Assembly: GCA_047495785.1 (NCBI GenBank)
Contig: JBLDXI010000028.1
Span: 744,001-808,000, forward strand
Length of the DNA: 64,000 nt
Reading direction: 5' to 3'
DNA from: Lepidodermella squamata
Taxonomy: Eukaryota > Animalia > Gastrotricha
Positions 1-11,965 of this stretch are shown here, in pieces. How positions within the stretch are numbered: position 1 is the first letter of the stretch; every line of letters starts with the position of its first letter. The translations under genes and the position numbers were made by a program. Below the pieces are notes generated by a model. The model did not search any database. It was not told where the DNA came from and saw nothing but the letters and a program-made list of their open reading frames with translations.

Positions 1-3000
1 ACGGATTCAACGACTGAACGCCCGCGATTTGCAGGCCCTGCTGTCTTGCGTTCGCACTCAGCCCCGTTATTTGGTTGCCCCGAGAGTCTAAAACCGCGCC
101 GTACGGCTCCATGACGAACGCCTCGTAAAACTGACGAGACAGCGGCATTAGCCGGCGAATTTCCCTCGCAACCGGCGACTGACACTCGCCGATTTCTTTC
201 TTCAACTTCTTAACAGCGGCGATATACACCTTCTTATTATCATCCCGCTCCGTGAAACTGTCAGTGCCAACCATGGTTGAATGGACGAAACACGTCAATA
301 GGTCGAATAGCAACGCCTGTAACGCAGATTTCGTCTCGGAACCAGGGTTAATCGGAACAGCCACTTGATGAGTCAGCAATTGGCAGCAAACCAAGGCCCA
401 ATCCGTCGCAGAATTCGGCTGGCGGAGAATTCCCGAGTCGAGAATTGACCCGACCAGGGCGAGGCGTAACCTCAGCGCCTCTTGCCTCAACGTTTGGTCG
501 TCCCAATTAACATCGGACTGGGGTATCACCCCTGACGCGGTGAATGAGCACTGGACAAATTTTTCGAGTTGGGCGTATAGAACTTTAGCCAACTCATCGG
601 CCTGGTCGCGTTTCGCAGCGACGAGCGACGCAACCAGGGTCAAAAACGCGGGATGAGCCACCTGGGCCATGTAGTCCAGCAGTCGATCTCTGTCCTTTTC
701 CTTCAGTTTTCCAAACGATTGGGCGGGTGGGACTGTTGCGTCTAGCAATCTCCACGCCTCTCTCAGCACCCTAGATTGCATGCATTCGATCAGCGAAACA
801 ACCAACGGCGCGATGAACCACAACCGCTCGGGGAAATGAATGTCATTTTCGGCGAAATTTGACCTAGATTTCGACGCTGCGCTGAACATGTCCATCACGA
901 CTGAGCCGAAATTGTCGAGAAATTGCTGTAGTTCAGTCGAACCAACCTGCCGGTAGACTAGCTGCAGCCTCAACCGGGTGCGGCGTAGACTCGACGCGGA
1001 TAACGGGTTCAGAATCGCGATTAAGGTGGAGCGTTGGCGCGGATCTGCGCCGGAAACTCGGACTGAACCATCGTCGCCCGTGCAGCATAGGCAATCGACT
1101 AAATGCCGTTGTTGCTCTTTCGTAATTCCCGAGTCTAATAACATTTCAGTTCGAAACAACAAATCAGGCTCGGCCAGGAGTTTACACCGTAAAAGCGGTG
1201 AGGTGGCGAGTGAATAGAACAACTCAGAGGCAATAGCGTCGCCAACTCGAGTGGTTTGTAGCGAAACTTTCGCGTTACCAGGTCCGGCAATCGGGGCTGA
1301 GTCGCCCAAATACAACAACGCCTTCAAAATCGATAACGTATAACTGCAGTCTGTTGTCGAAATATGCGAATTTAGCAGTAGAATATCGGCGAATGACATG
1401 CCGATCGGGCCTAGCTGGGCTGAACTTGCGTAGGCCTCACCAACCGGCCGGAATGACCCGGGGGTAGACTTTCCGTCTATAGCCGGGGTCGGGTATGACC
1501 CGACTAAGGCAAGTTCCGCTAGGCCGATCACATTCTTCAAAATCGCATAGGCCAGCAGGGTGCCTGATTCTAGGTCTTCCTCCATATCTTCCCGGTCTTC
1601 CATGCCCGATCCAGGGAAAACTGAGCTCGAATTTGAGGTAGCGCCCGGGGTTCGAGGCACGGTTAGGACTGGCAGTAGAACGAACCGGATCAGGTCGGAA
1701 AATGTGAAAATCGACCGGGCGAGAAGTACGCCGACGAAATTTGCGATGTTAACGCGAACTGCGTCTGCATTTCGGCTGTCCGGGCCGAGGTTAGGTCCGA
1801 CCAACATGCGGATGTCGATGAAGGCCTGTGTCATTGTTGGCTGTGGGTTCGTGACTGAGGAGGAACGCGAGAACGATGAAGAACCGCTGAGACGATTCGG
1901 TTGACCTGACGAACTCGATTGAGCTTGCAGGCTTTGAGCAACTAAAAATCAATAACGAAATAGTCAGAATTTAATTTACGAAAAAATTCTCAATGAAAAG
2001 CTGACGAAAAAAAATAGATTTCAGCAAGAAATGACCAAACTTTTATCACTATTCTAGCCGGGTTTCTATCTGAATTTAAATTTGCTTCCGGAATATTCTG
2101 AATGACCGTGGGTGTTACAAAACAGTTTCATCAGTTTTAGAAACAGAATGAAATTGGAAACAAATTATGGAATGAGAGGTTAAGGTTAAACCCGCTAACG
2201 GATACTTCTTTCTTACACTGAGAAACCAGCTGTTGTTGCTTCAACTTCCTGCTTATCACTGGGTTTTCTGTTAGACTTGTAGCGCTGCCGTTGTCACTTA
2301 AAACCTCTGTAGGTGGAGTTGGATGGCGGAAATCATTCAAGAGATTGCTTAACCATACCGAGCTTGCACTTCCGATTAATATTATTCGAAATTTTTGTTA
2401 GGACTTTACTCATAGAATCGTTACGCGAGCTCATCATCAGGCCAAGATCATCAACTCTTGAAAGACTATGTCTACATTTAATAATTATTAGGCTTTCAGG
2501 AAAATCGGCATGTGAAAAAAATAAAACAATAAATAAAGCAGAATTAAACGGGAAATACAACGAAGGAAGCTTTCAATCGACAAACGAATTCACTTGGGCG
2601 AAAAATAAACAATGAAATCTTTTACCATTCAAAGCACTGCTTTCGAAAGCTTGATTTTGCACAAATTTTGTTGAAAATTTTCCACGAATATATGAGAAAA
2701 TAGGCTAACCTGATACAGCACCGGCGCCGCATAGAACACCCAATGCGCCTAGCAAATCATCAGCGAGTTTCGAACACGCCATAACGCAAATATCAGCCAA
2801 CATAGCACCAACTTCAGCCGCATATTCAACCGAAGCTGTCGGTTCAGCAACCGCGCAGAACGAGTTGACAACCAGCGAATAGCGATTCGGGTCGTTTTTC
2901 AGCATTTCTTGCAACGGGTAGATGAAAACCGGCATCGATGACTCGCCGTCGTTTTGCGGCATCGGGAAAAGCGTGGCCAGGGCGACGGGGGGTGACATGG

Positions 3001-6000
3001 TTTGGTTGCGGATCACGTCGATGAATAGCACGGTATCGACGGAGAGCGTAAGACAACTCATTTGAGCTGGTTCTGAGGCGAGGGGTGGTAGGAGATTCGG
3101 CGATGTGATGATTTCCACCACTTGTTTAGCCACCGGTGAGAAAGACGAGTAGAATTCGCGGTTATGCGCCAACCAGCCTTGAACATCACTCGAATTTCTA
3201 TTGGAAAAAATAATATTATTTTAGATCCTGAGGCAAATTTGAACATCATTTCGAAATTTCTCGAATCATCAATCTCGAATTCGAAATCAAAATTTAAGAG
3301 TTTCAACGAATTTCAAACCAAATTTTATTTGAAAACTCCTGAAAAAATTTCAATTGAGATAAAATAAATATTTCCTCGGTGTTAGGTCTTTTGCTAAGAT
3401 TTTTTAGGGAAAAAACGTTAAATTCCAAAACCTGTAATAATTTTGAAAATTTAATCACAATCGAGATAAAAGTAGCTTTCGAATTAGTTTGAAAATTTTC
3501 CAATCGGATGAAAGGTCTCACATCGAAAATAGAAAAAATCTCGATAAAACGAGTTAAAAACAGCTTGCCGGAATTTTCGATTAATTAAAACGATGAGGTT
3601 TCGAAATTAATAAGCATAAAACTTCCAAGATATCAAGACCCAATACCGTTTTCGCTCGCCAAAAATGAAGTAAAAATCGAAAGAATCACAGAATTTCACC
3701 AATAAATCGGGGCTTGCCTTTATACCAAAAATCATCAATTTCTGAATTTAGGACTGATGTTGAATCCGCTAAAAACATGGTTTTGATCCAAAATTACCCT
3801 CACCTACGGTATATTAAACATATTTTCAAGTCTAGCTCTAAAAATGGCTCGAGCTTGAATATTTCATGTTGTGCCAAAGTAAGAAAAATAGCTCCACAAA
3901 GTACCTGGAATATAGGATTTATTTTTTGCAATGGACTCGAAAATGAGTTCAAGGGAGCAATGCGCCATAATTACAGACAAAATATTCAAAATAAATTTTC
4001 CATAATTAAAAATGAATAAGTTGAGGGATGTTAACATCAAAAATATGGAGAAATTTATGTTGACTTACGAGTGAAGATCGCGAACTAAAGCCAGGGCGAG
4101 TTTAATAGCCGAACCGGAGCACCGAACCTGATTTTGCGAGGTAGCCTCCATAGAAAAATTCAACGCATCAACCTGCATCTGACTGGCCGCATTCTCCTGC
4201 TTCGCGTCCTTGCTGTGGAACAACAACGCAGCCGGCGAAACTGTATACGCAATCAACGCGTTCAACAACGCATACGACGCTGAAATGCACATATCAGGCG
4301 CAGCTAGGAGACACATGAAAAACCGGCGGCAAATCGCAACGCCGAGGCACAGCAACTCATTCGCGTAGTGATGCGCAAATCGATCACCGCCCATCGCCGT
4401 CGCTTGATTGTGCACTTGGCTCAGCATCAAAATCGCCGGGCAACACCTCAACAGGCAAGATGCGAATTGAACAGCCGGTCTTACAGTTTGAGCCCTCAAC
4501 AACAAATCAGCCAGCTTGAAAATCGAACTCAACCCTGGGACGGGTGGGATTGCGTCGGAAAATGACGGCTTCGTAGCTTGAGCTCCAGCCTGCATTACGG
4601 CGTCAACAATTTGCCGCAGCGCGGCTAGCGCATCGATATTCGCGACTGTTTCTAACAACGCCATTCGATCGTGCCACGAAACATCGGCCGACCAAACTTT
4701 CAACTGAGCTTGCTGCGCCGGGCAGTAATTGGCGCTGGCCATTTTTTCCGGCCCGGTTTTGCCAGCTTTTTTCGACGATTTCGAACTCGACGATTGGCCG
4801 GTGAAAATGTCAACGCAATGCCGTTTCGAGAACCACCTTTGCAACTCTTTCATCGCCCGACGAACTGCTTTTGATATCATCTGCCGCTTTTGGCCAACTC
4901 CGAATAACAAAATGCCACGCTGGTTCTCCTCATCTCGCCTGGTTGACGAATCAATATTCGAATTTGAGGCGGTCATTGAGGCCGAGCGATTTGCCGGGAA
5001 TGGGAAATTGGTTAAAAACAGCGAATAAACGTTAGAAACAGCTTCTGAAACAGTGAAATCCGAATTTTCCGCTGAATTTTGCGAATTTTTCAACGTGATT
5101 TCTGACAGAGAAACAATTCCACTTGTTCCTTCATTCGAGCCTGATTGCTCCGAGTTCAGCTTATTTTCAGATTTCATATTCGGAGATGTGAGAGACGCTG
5201 ATGAATCAACCTCTTTCACGCTGTCTAATTTAGTCGGAGTTCGGAGAGAGGCCGGACCTCCAGCTGAATTAGGCCAACTTGTGACCGAAAGCGGGGTGGG
5301 TTGATGCACAGACTGCGGGCTAGAAATGACCGGCATCGGGTTTTTCGACCCGGAATTCGGCGCTGTCGATTGCTTTGACCCTGAAAACGGTAGATAGCCC
5401 CTCGCAACTAGCGCGTTCATGAATGCTGATGGTGAGAACAACCCATTCTCAACAAATTCCGCGAATAAATGGACGGAATTCCGCAAAATTAGGGCTGCGA
5501 CTGAGTTACCGCATTCCCCGCTTAGAGATGAAACTTTCGACCCTAAATTATGCTCATTGCTGATTAAAGGGACTAATTTCGATCCGATGAAATCGAATAG
5601 CTCCTCTTGGATAACCTCATCAACGCATTGTTCAGCTGCGATTAAAGTGCCAGGTGACGCAACTTGAGGCTCGTTTTCCTCAGTTTTCGTCGACTGGCTG
5701 CCCGAGACTAAATCTTTCAATTGAACAATCGAAGTTTGCCGGACTGAGGCTAGAAGACGGGTCGCGACAAACCACCGATATTCGTCTGTTCCAGACGTTT
5801 GCGAGTCGGCCTGGGGCATAACAGCCCAAAGCAGCAGGTGAGTAACCGCCGCGCAATGTTCCGCATCAACCTGCGGCGATTTTGACCGCAAATTTCGCGG
5901 CAGAAACACTAAACAAGCTGCAGTTTGCGAATTGGGCCGCCACCTCAATGGCGGAATGAATGAATACAAATGCGATAGGCTCGAATTTCCGACATTTGAA

Positions 6001-7690
6001 CTAAAATTATGCCGGTCTAATCGGACCAGCAACTCGGCGACCCTTCGACTTATAACAGCACTGGGGCTTATTGTCGATAAAAGGCCTAATGGGTCGCGGA
6101 ATTGTTCGTAGGATTTCGACCTAGCGACAACGCAACGCTCGGCATTTGCGATGTTTTGCCGCAATTTCTCCTCGTAATTCAAATCGTTGCTACCAGGCCC
6201 GGAGAAAAAACGAGGCAACATCATGCCGAAACGAGTTTCGCCACTCGAAATCGGTAAATGGCTAGGTAGGCACGGCAAATCATCCAAAGGCGAACCGTGT
6301 AGTACCGGACACAGAGAATTAGGCCGTTTCGAGTTGAAAATGTCGCCCAAATCGTTCCAAACAAACGACTGAGGATTCGCGACGAGTAAATACTGTAAAA
6401 TATTCGAAATTCCAGCGTAGATTAACCGATGCCGAGTACAGTGGTTCGAATTTTGTTCTTCAGCATTAGCGGCGCCATGTAATCTTCGAATCAGAATGCA
6501 GCAAACGTATGATAATCTTCGCGTTAGAAAATGGGAAGATGCGAAAATTTCGAGATAATGCTTCACAAATACGATAATCAATCTCAACGTATTATCGTGT
6601 TGAAAATTTGATTTGTGTAACAACTCAATCATCCAAGATAGGAGTTCATGAGGGTCAAGTAGGCGCTCTTGGAACATCACATTGCACAGCCGAGTTGTGT
6701 ATTGCCAGAGTTCAAGGTCAGATCGCACTGTGGCGGTGGAGGCTGATTCGCTCTGTTGATTCTGACCCGGTTGGTTTTGGCCACCTTGTTGATTATTGAA
6801 TCTACCAGGCACGTTTTGCTGAGAGGAGTTCGATTTTGCCTGAAGAAGGCCGGAAGGACTTGGTAGGGAAGATGCGGCATTTGAAGCACCAGTCGCCGAG
6901 GTTCCTCCGGCGAAGTCCGTATCAATTCTGTCGAGCAGATCTTGCAAGAATCGAGAAATGACCTGAGTCCATTCAAAACATGGATCATTCGGCCCTTTGG
7001 CTGGGCGATTCATTCCAGCACCAGGCGCACCCGGCCCGACGCCCATCGGTCGGCGGACTACATCAGCACCAGCCACGCTAGTTTGGTACATGTTTACAAG
7101 CTTGATGTACCAAATCGCCCTTGCTGGCGAAACGGCGTGCTCGCAAAGAACTGTGAATATTTCTTCACGTTTGTTGAAGATCGGGATGGATCGAACGAGG
7201 CGAGATAGCGGTTCAGCTCCAGCGAGATCAGCCAGCCAAGCGTCGGCTGATTGACGAGTTTTCTGATGGACAAGAAAGAAGTTCTCCTTGCCAAGTTGAA
7301 GCCGGCGGCGGCTTGTGTCAGACAGTGCGCAAAGCTCAGCTTTACGCGTGACGATGGCGCTGAGAGACATTCCAATAGTCTGCATGGAGAGGCCTCGAGA
7401 TGATGGACCATTTGCACGGTCATGATCGCGCTTGCTGACCGCACCAATTGAGGACAGATCTCTAGCCAAAGCAAACTGAGAATGGGAATTGTTAAGAGAA
7501 TGTCAAAGAAATGATATAATGAATAGCAAACCTCATCTTGAACGACCGGAGGACATTTAAAGCCTTCTTTAATGCTAGTAGTTGATAGCTCATCTTCTCT
7601 TTGTTTGAGCTCCTGTTTGTAAACATCAGGCGGGCCAAGTTTAATACGTTTCAGCGGCAATTCGCTGTAATCCATTTCGGTTCCAGGCAT
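1..7690 (-). CDS. MED12: Mediator subunit 12 (3' end outside window). Exons approx. 7690-7532, 7475-4069, 3197-2710, 1941-<1
   Basis: N-terminus PLKRIKLGPPDVYKQELKQREDELS matches the Med12 start; WLADLAGAEPLSRLVRSIPIFNKREEIF..RAIWYIK and WQYTTRL..MFQERLLDPHELLSW are Med12-domain motifs; GT-AG junctions keep frame. Confidence 0.95.
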
Positions 7691-8192
7691 TTTTCAGTAG
7701 ATTTACTGAAAAATGATGGAAAGCTTTCAATTAAAAACCTTCAAGAAAGACAAATACAGCATATATTACGGATTACGGCTAATTAAGTGATGTCCTCATG
7801 ACTTAGAGTTGAAAGCAAGACTTAAGTAACTTCGGTAACTAAACAAAATATAACACACTAATGTACTTCCTAAAATGCTGCCAATCATCCTCAATAGCTC
7901 AATTATCCTAGAAAAAAGCTCAATGGTATTAGCTATATTCTATAACAACCCATAGATATCACACAAATGAGGCTAAACTCGCAGAACGGGCAGGTGTGTA
8001 TAGATCTTAGTAAGTTGCGGGCCCACACGAGACCTGAGGTAACAGGTATCAAGTAGCCCTAGTTGAGGTGCCTCAGATGCACTAATAAATTTAGAAGTTA
8101 TTGGAACGTCTAGTCAGCATCTTGATTTACAGTCAAAGTGGCGCTGTAAAAAGTGACCTAGATCCTAGATGAACGGGTGCCAAAAGGCCGTT

Positions 8193-8431
8193 TCCAATTT
8201 CGTTGGTAGAAGTGCGCTCTCAGAGGGCATCGCTCTCAGAGCGATCGCTATCAGACAGTCAAGATTAAGGTTAAGGTTAGGTTTAGGGTTAGTTTTAGGA
8301 TTAGGGGTTAGGGTTAGGGTTAGGGTTAGGGTTAGGGTTAGGTTGGGGGTGGGGTGCCCTCTGAGCCATCTGAGAGGGAGCCCTCTGAGAGCGATGCCCT
8401 CTGAGAGCGCACTTCTACCAACGAAATTGGA
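8193..8431. mobile_element. Non-autonomous fold-back/MITE-like element with 49-bp perfect inverted repeats around a telomeric-repeat core
   Basis: 8193-8241 (TCCAATTTCGTTGGTAGAAGTGCGCTCTCAGAGGGCATCGCTCTCAGAG) is the exact reverse complement of 8383-8431; no clear TSD. Confidence 0.8.
8265..8354 (+). repeat. Interstitial telomeric repeat (TTAGGG)5 with degenerate flanking units
   Basis: Five perfect TTAGGG units at 8308-8337, flanked by TTAAGG, TTAGGT, TTAGGA and a GGGGGTGGGG tail. Confidence 0.95.
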
Positions 8432-9176
8432 GGAGGCGCCAAAAGAGGCGCATTGGACATTTAAATGTATCTCAACGATCAACGAGAACGACAAGTTAAC
8501 AAAAAGGGAGCCACGATAAAAAGCCGTTTCAGGTGCACGCTTGCAACTTGCAGGAGGCAGGAGGAGTGTGCGGGCGCCATCCGCCACTGCCAACTTTTGA
8601 GTTCAAATGTGAGCGAGAAGCGGAGACCAACGCGTTCGGCCGCCGGCGATTCGCAAACAAGCGACACCTCAGAAAGCTTCAAAATTTAGTTTTCACATTT
8701 ATTACTTTCAATACCCTTGCTTTGACAAGGATTAATCAGGAAAAGTAATATCCGGTAGTATTTTTTACAAATAAAATTTTATAAGAGAGTTACAAAGGTT
8801 TGAAGTTGGGGTTTTGGATTTTTAGTGGATTCTTGTCTCCAGTTCCAGGTTCTTTTTCGTTGTTGATGTGCACTGATCAAGGTGCGCGAGTGGGTAAGAC
8901 CCACTGGTGGCTAAAACTAGTTTACGACACTTTTGCCGTTTGAGCTCTTGTTAAGCTTTGAATTTGTCATTGTCTTTTCACGCGTCTTCTATTACGTCGT
9001 TGTTGCGTCACTTTCACTTACGTTTTCGGTTTTAAGAGATATTCTATTGCCTTACTAATCATTCCACCTCTTCTCAATCATTTGACCGGTTCTGACTTTG
9101 TTTAGGGTATAGGGAATTGTGTCAGTTGTTCTCCAGTAGCCTTTATAAGCTGTTTTCGAACTTATCGCTCGCCCAA

Positions 9177-10670
9177 ATGGACCTGGTTGGGAAGATGGGC
9201 GAACTCGCCGCTTTGTTAGATTCCATTATTGCGTTTCTATCCAATTACAATGCGATTATTCGATCTCAAAACATCAATTTCTTTGCGAATAACCATTGGA
9301 ACATGATCAGCGAGCCATTCAGGAAGCAGTTACTCGACAGCTACGAAAAGCTCCCGTCACTGCCATCTGCTAAATTGGAATGGTGCTGTGATCATGAAGG
9401 CGAATCTGTTGACATTCAAAATTGCTTGGCCTGCTTTGTGAGGAAAGTTCGAAGTTGCTCATTGTTTCATGGATCTGAGTTTGTAACTGAAATGCACAAC
9501 TTCGATTGGTTCGATCTCTTGACATCTGGCATGGTTATTCGTAGAACCGAAGGGCCTTGCAAGAAAGAGTATGAAATTGACATAATGGCTGGTGTGATAT
9601 TCGGTTTGCTGAAACACCGCAATATCAATCGAGTTGTTGATATTGGCAGCGGACTTGGTTATCTTGATACTCTACTGGTCTCTTCGGGCAATGTGAGCTG
9701 TAATGTGATAGGGTTGGAGATCAGTCAGCATAATGCTAATAAAGCACAAGAACGCCACGGTGAAATTTTAATGGTCGATTGTCGTCAATGTCGGCAAGAA
9801 TGGCGGGAGAAATGTAAAATTAATGGTAAAGCCGGCATACCTCTTCCCGAAAAAGGACCGAAACACTGCCCTCACGACGTAAAATCCACTCGATACCGCT
9901 CAGTACTTCAAAAAGTTGACAGTACCCTTGATATGGACGCAGTCGTTGAAGAAACGTTCCCGAATGTTAACGGCTTCGACGATGGCTATTTAATTACAGG
10001 GCTGCATACTTGCGGTAACCTTGGAAGTGACACCCTTCGATTGTTCAATCGCTGCAAGAAAGCGACATCATTGTGCCTTGTTCCATGTTGCCACAACTTG
10101 TTGAGTGAGTTTTTTAACGACGAACTTGTCGATTCCGTTGATAAAAATGCATTGCCTGGTTTTCCAATGAGTAATTATCTCCACTCAAAACAATTCGCTT
10201 TGGGCTATAATTGCCGTCAATGGGGCGCCCAAGGGCCTTTTCGACTTCAGGAAGAACCGGCGATAACTTTATTCTATCGAGCTCTGTTTGAAAAGTTATT
10301 GTTCAATCATTACGGAGCTATTTATCAAAAATGGGACGTCGGCCGAGCCTCACGGCCAATGATAGCCGATTTCCCAAGTTACGTGAAAGGCGCGATACAA
10401 AGGTTAACGCCTCAATTTCCGGCAGGAAATATCCCCGGTTGGAGTGATGATTATCTGCGAAATTTCGAGCTCGAACATATGGAACAAAAACGGCATCTAT
10501 ACGCCTTTCTGTATTTTCGAATGGCGTTATCACCGGTTTCTGAATCACTCATACTTCTCGATAAAGTTCTTTACATGCTCGAGAATCCTGAAATCAAGCA
10601 GTTTCGCGTTGTTAAGATGTTCGACCCGGCTAAATCGCCTCGGTGTATGGCTCTTGTCGCTTTCAAATGA
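9177..10670 (+). CDS. METTL25: Methyltransferase-like protein 25, intronless CDS
   Basis: KKEYEI, VVDIGSGLGYL (SAM motif I), GLHTCGNL, VPCCHNLL and C-terminal FDPAKSPRCMALVA; first ATG at 9177. Confidence 0.9.
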   Translation: MDLVGKMGELAALLDSIIAFLSNYNAIIRSQNINFFANNHWNMISEPFRKQLLDSYEKLPSLPSAKLEWCCDHEGESVDIQNCLACFVRKVRSCSLFHGSEFVTEMHNFDWFDLLTSGMVIRRTEGPCKKEYEIDIMAGVIFGLLKHRNINRVVDIGSGLGYLDTLLVSSGNVSCNVIGLEISQHNANKAQERHGEILMVDCRQCRQEWREKCKINGKAGIPLPEKGPKHCPHDVKSTRYRSVLQKVDSTLDMDAVVEETFPNVNGFDDGYLITGLHTCGNLGSDTLRLFNRCKKATSLCLVPCCHNLLSEFFNDELVDSVDKNALPGFPMSNYLHSKQFALGYNCRQWGAQGPFRLQEEPAITLFYRALFEKLLFNHYGAIYQKWDVGRASRPMIADFPSYVKGAIQRLTPQFPAGNIPGWSDDYLRNFELEHMEQKRHLYAFLYFRMALSPVSESLILLDKVLYMLENPEIKQFRVVKMFDPAKSPRCMALVAFK

Positions 10671-10715
10671 ACGCAATTTATTTTCAATTTTTTCCGTGAT
10701 TTTTTTAGAATTTTA

Positions 10716-11549
10716 ATGAGAGAATTAGTTTCTCACTGCTTGAAATGCTCGTACTTGAAGAAAGCGGGCGAATCTGCGGTGACAACTGGCGTGTTGTTCG
10801 AATTGGTGCGAAAAAACGTGCTAAAACGGCTTGAATCGTCGGTAAATCAAAGCCCAGATGCGAAAATTGGTGAAATTATAGAAAATCTACAATTGGCCAA
10901 TTTGATGAAATTCCAGCAGAAATTATCATGGTCTTACGAATTGAATAAATTGGATAAAATGGAATCGTGGAAAGGAGCAAGGCTGAGATTTTGGCAGTCC
11001 TTGGTCGTTCGGCCGTTCAATTTTCAACTAACTCCGAATTCTTCCGAAATAAACTACAAATTGACACCAGAATTGGCGCTTCCGATTGAAAAGTTTACAA
11101 AAACTGGCTCAACTTGTTACCTAGATTGTTCGGTCTTAGCGATTTTGGATGGTTGTTTATTCAAGCCACTTATGCGGCAAAAAATGACGAATACCGATTC
11201 GATGGTTCTTCAGTTGCCAAATTCGCTAGCTCCATTTCACATAACAATGATAACTTCATCGAAGGAACCGCCGAAACTGACCCTTGAAGTCAGTGAATAT
11301 ATCAGCGAATTATTGCGAAAACGCGGCTTTTCAGTTTTCAACAAAAAATCCGAGCTACATCGAGTTGACGAGCGGCTTTGCGGCGGCGTTTTGCCGTTTG
11401 ACGAAATCGGCATTCCGGTTTCGATTTGCATTGACGCCGTTCATTCGAGTGGGATCATTCGCTTGCGACATCGAGATACGGCGATTTGTGAACACGTTCA
11501 CTTCAGCGACGTTCCTGCCCGGGCTGCTAGCCTTTTGAACTTGAAATGA
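10716..11549 (+). CDS. POLG2: DNA polymerase gamma accessory subunit, shortened and divergent, intronless
   Basis: N-terminal CLKCSYL..ELVRKNV, ARLRFWQ, and an anticodon-binding-like C-terminus LAPF...FDEIGIPVSICID..SGIIRLRHRDTAICEHVHFSDV resemble POLG2. Confidence 0.8.
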   Translation: MRELVSHCLKCSYLKKAGESAVTTGVLFELVRKNVLKRLESSVNQSPDAKIGEIIENLQLANLMKFQQKLSWSYELNKLDKMESWKGARLRFWQSLVVRPFNFQLTPNSSEINYKLTPELALPIEKFTKTGSTCYLDCSVLAILDGCLFKPLMRQKMTNTDSMVLQLPNSLAPFHITMITSSKEPPKLTLEVSEYISELLRKRGFSVFNKKSELHRVDERLCGGVLPFDEIGIPVSICIDAVHSSGIIRLRHRDTAICEHVHFSDVPARAASLLNLK

Positions 11550-11965
11550 CCTGAAATGACAATACTCTTTCATTCTATAATTTGACTGCTTTCAACGCGT
11601 TATTGGTTCTGTTCATGTTTGTTCCGAGGGAAGAAAAATAATAGTTACAATCATGCAGTTTCGATTAATTTTTCATGCCAATTTATGTTTTTAAAGGTTT
11701 TTTGGGTAATTTTTCTCGCCATGTTCCTATTCGAGCGAAGACTAAAACAAGAATAAATTTGCCAACGCTGAATTTTTATTGTAATAATCTCAAATAAGAG
11801 AAAATTATTCTGGAAAACGAGATACGGGAAATTTTGTTGGGATTTTCCCCTGGGTAAACCTAAATTTGCATATTTTATTCAAAATAAAAATGTTAACTTC
11901 ATTTGCGTCTTTTGATTTCTATTAACTGTTAAATTGTTTGATGTTAGGAAAATTTGCGATTTATA

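Noticed and set aside
978-7254. Many short plus-strand ORFs
   Set aside because: Antisense shadows of Med12 exons or intronic noise.
8165-8593. ORFs containing RVRVRVRV or LTLTLT runs
   Set aside because: They are translations of the TTAGGG repeat and its inverted repeats, with no evidence of being genes.
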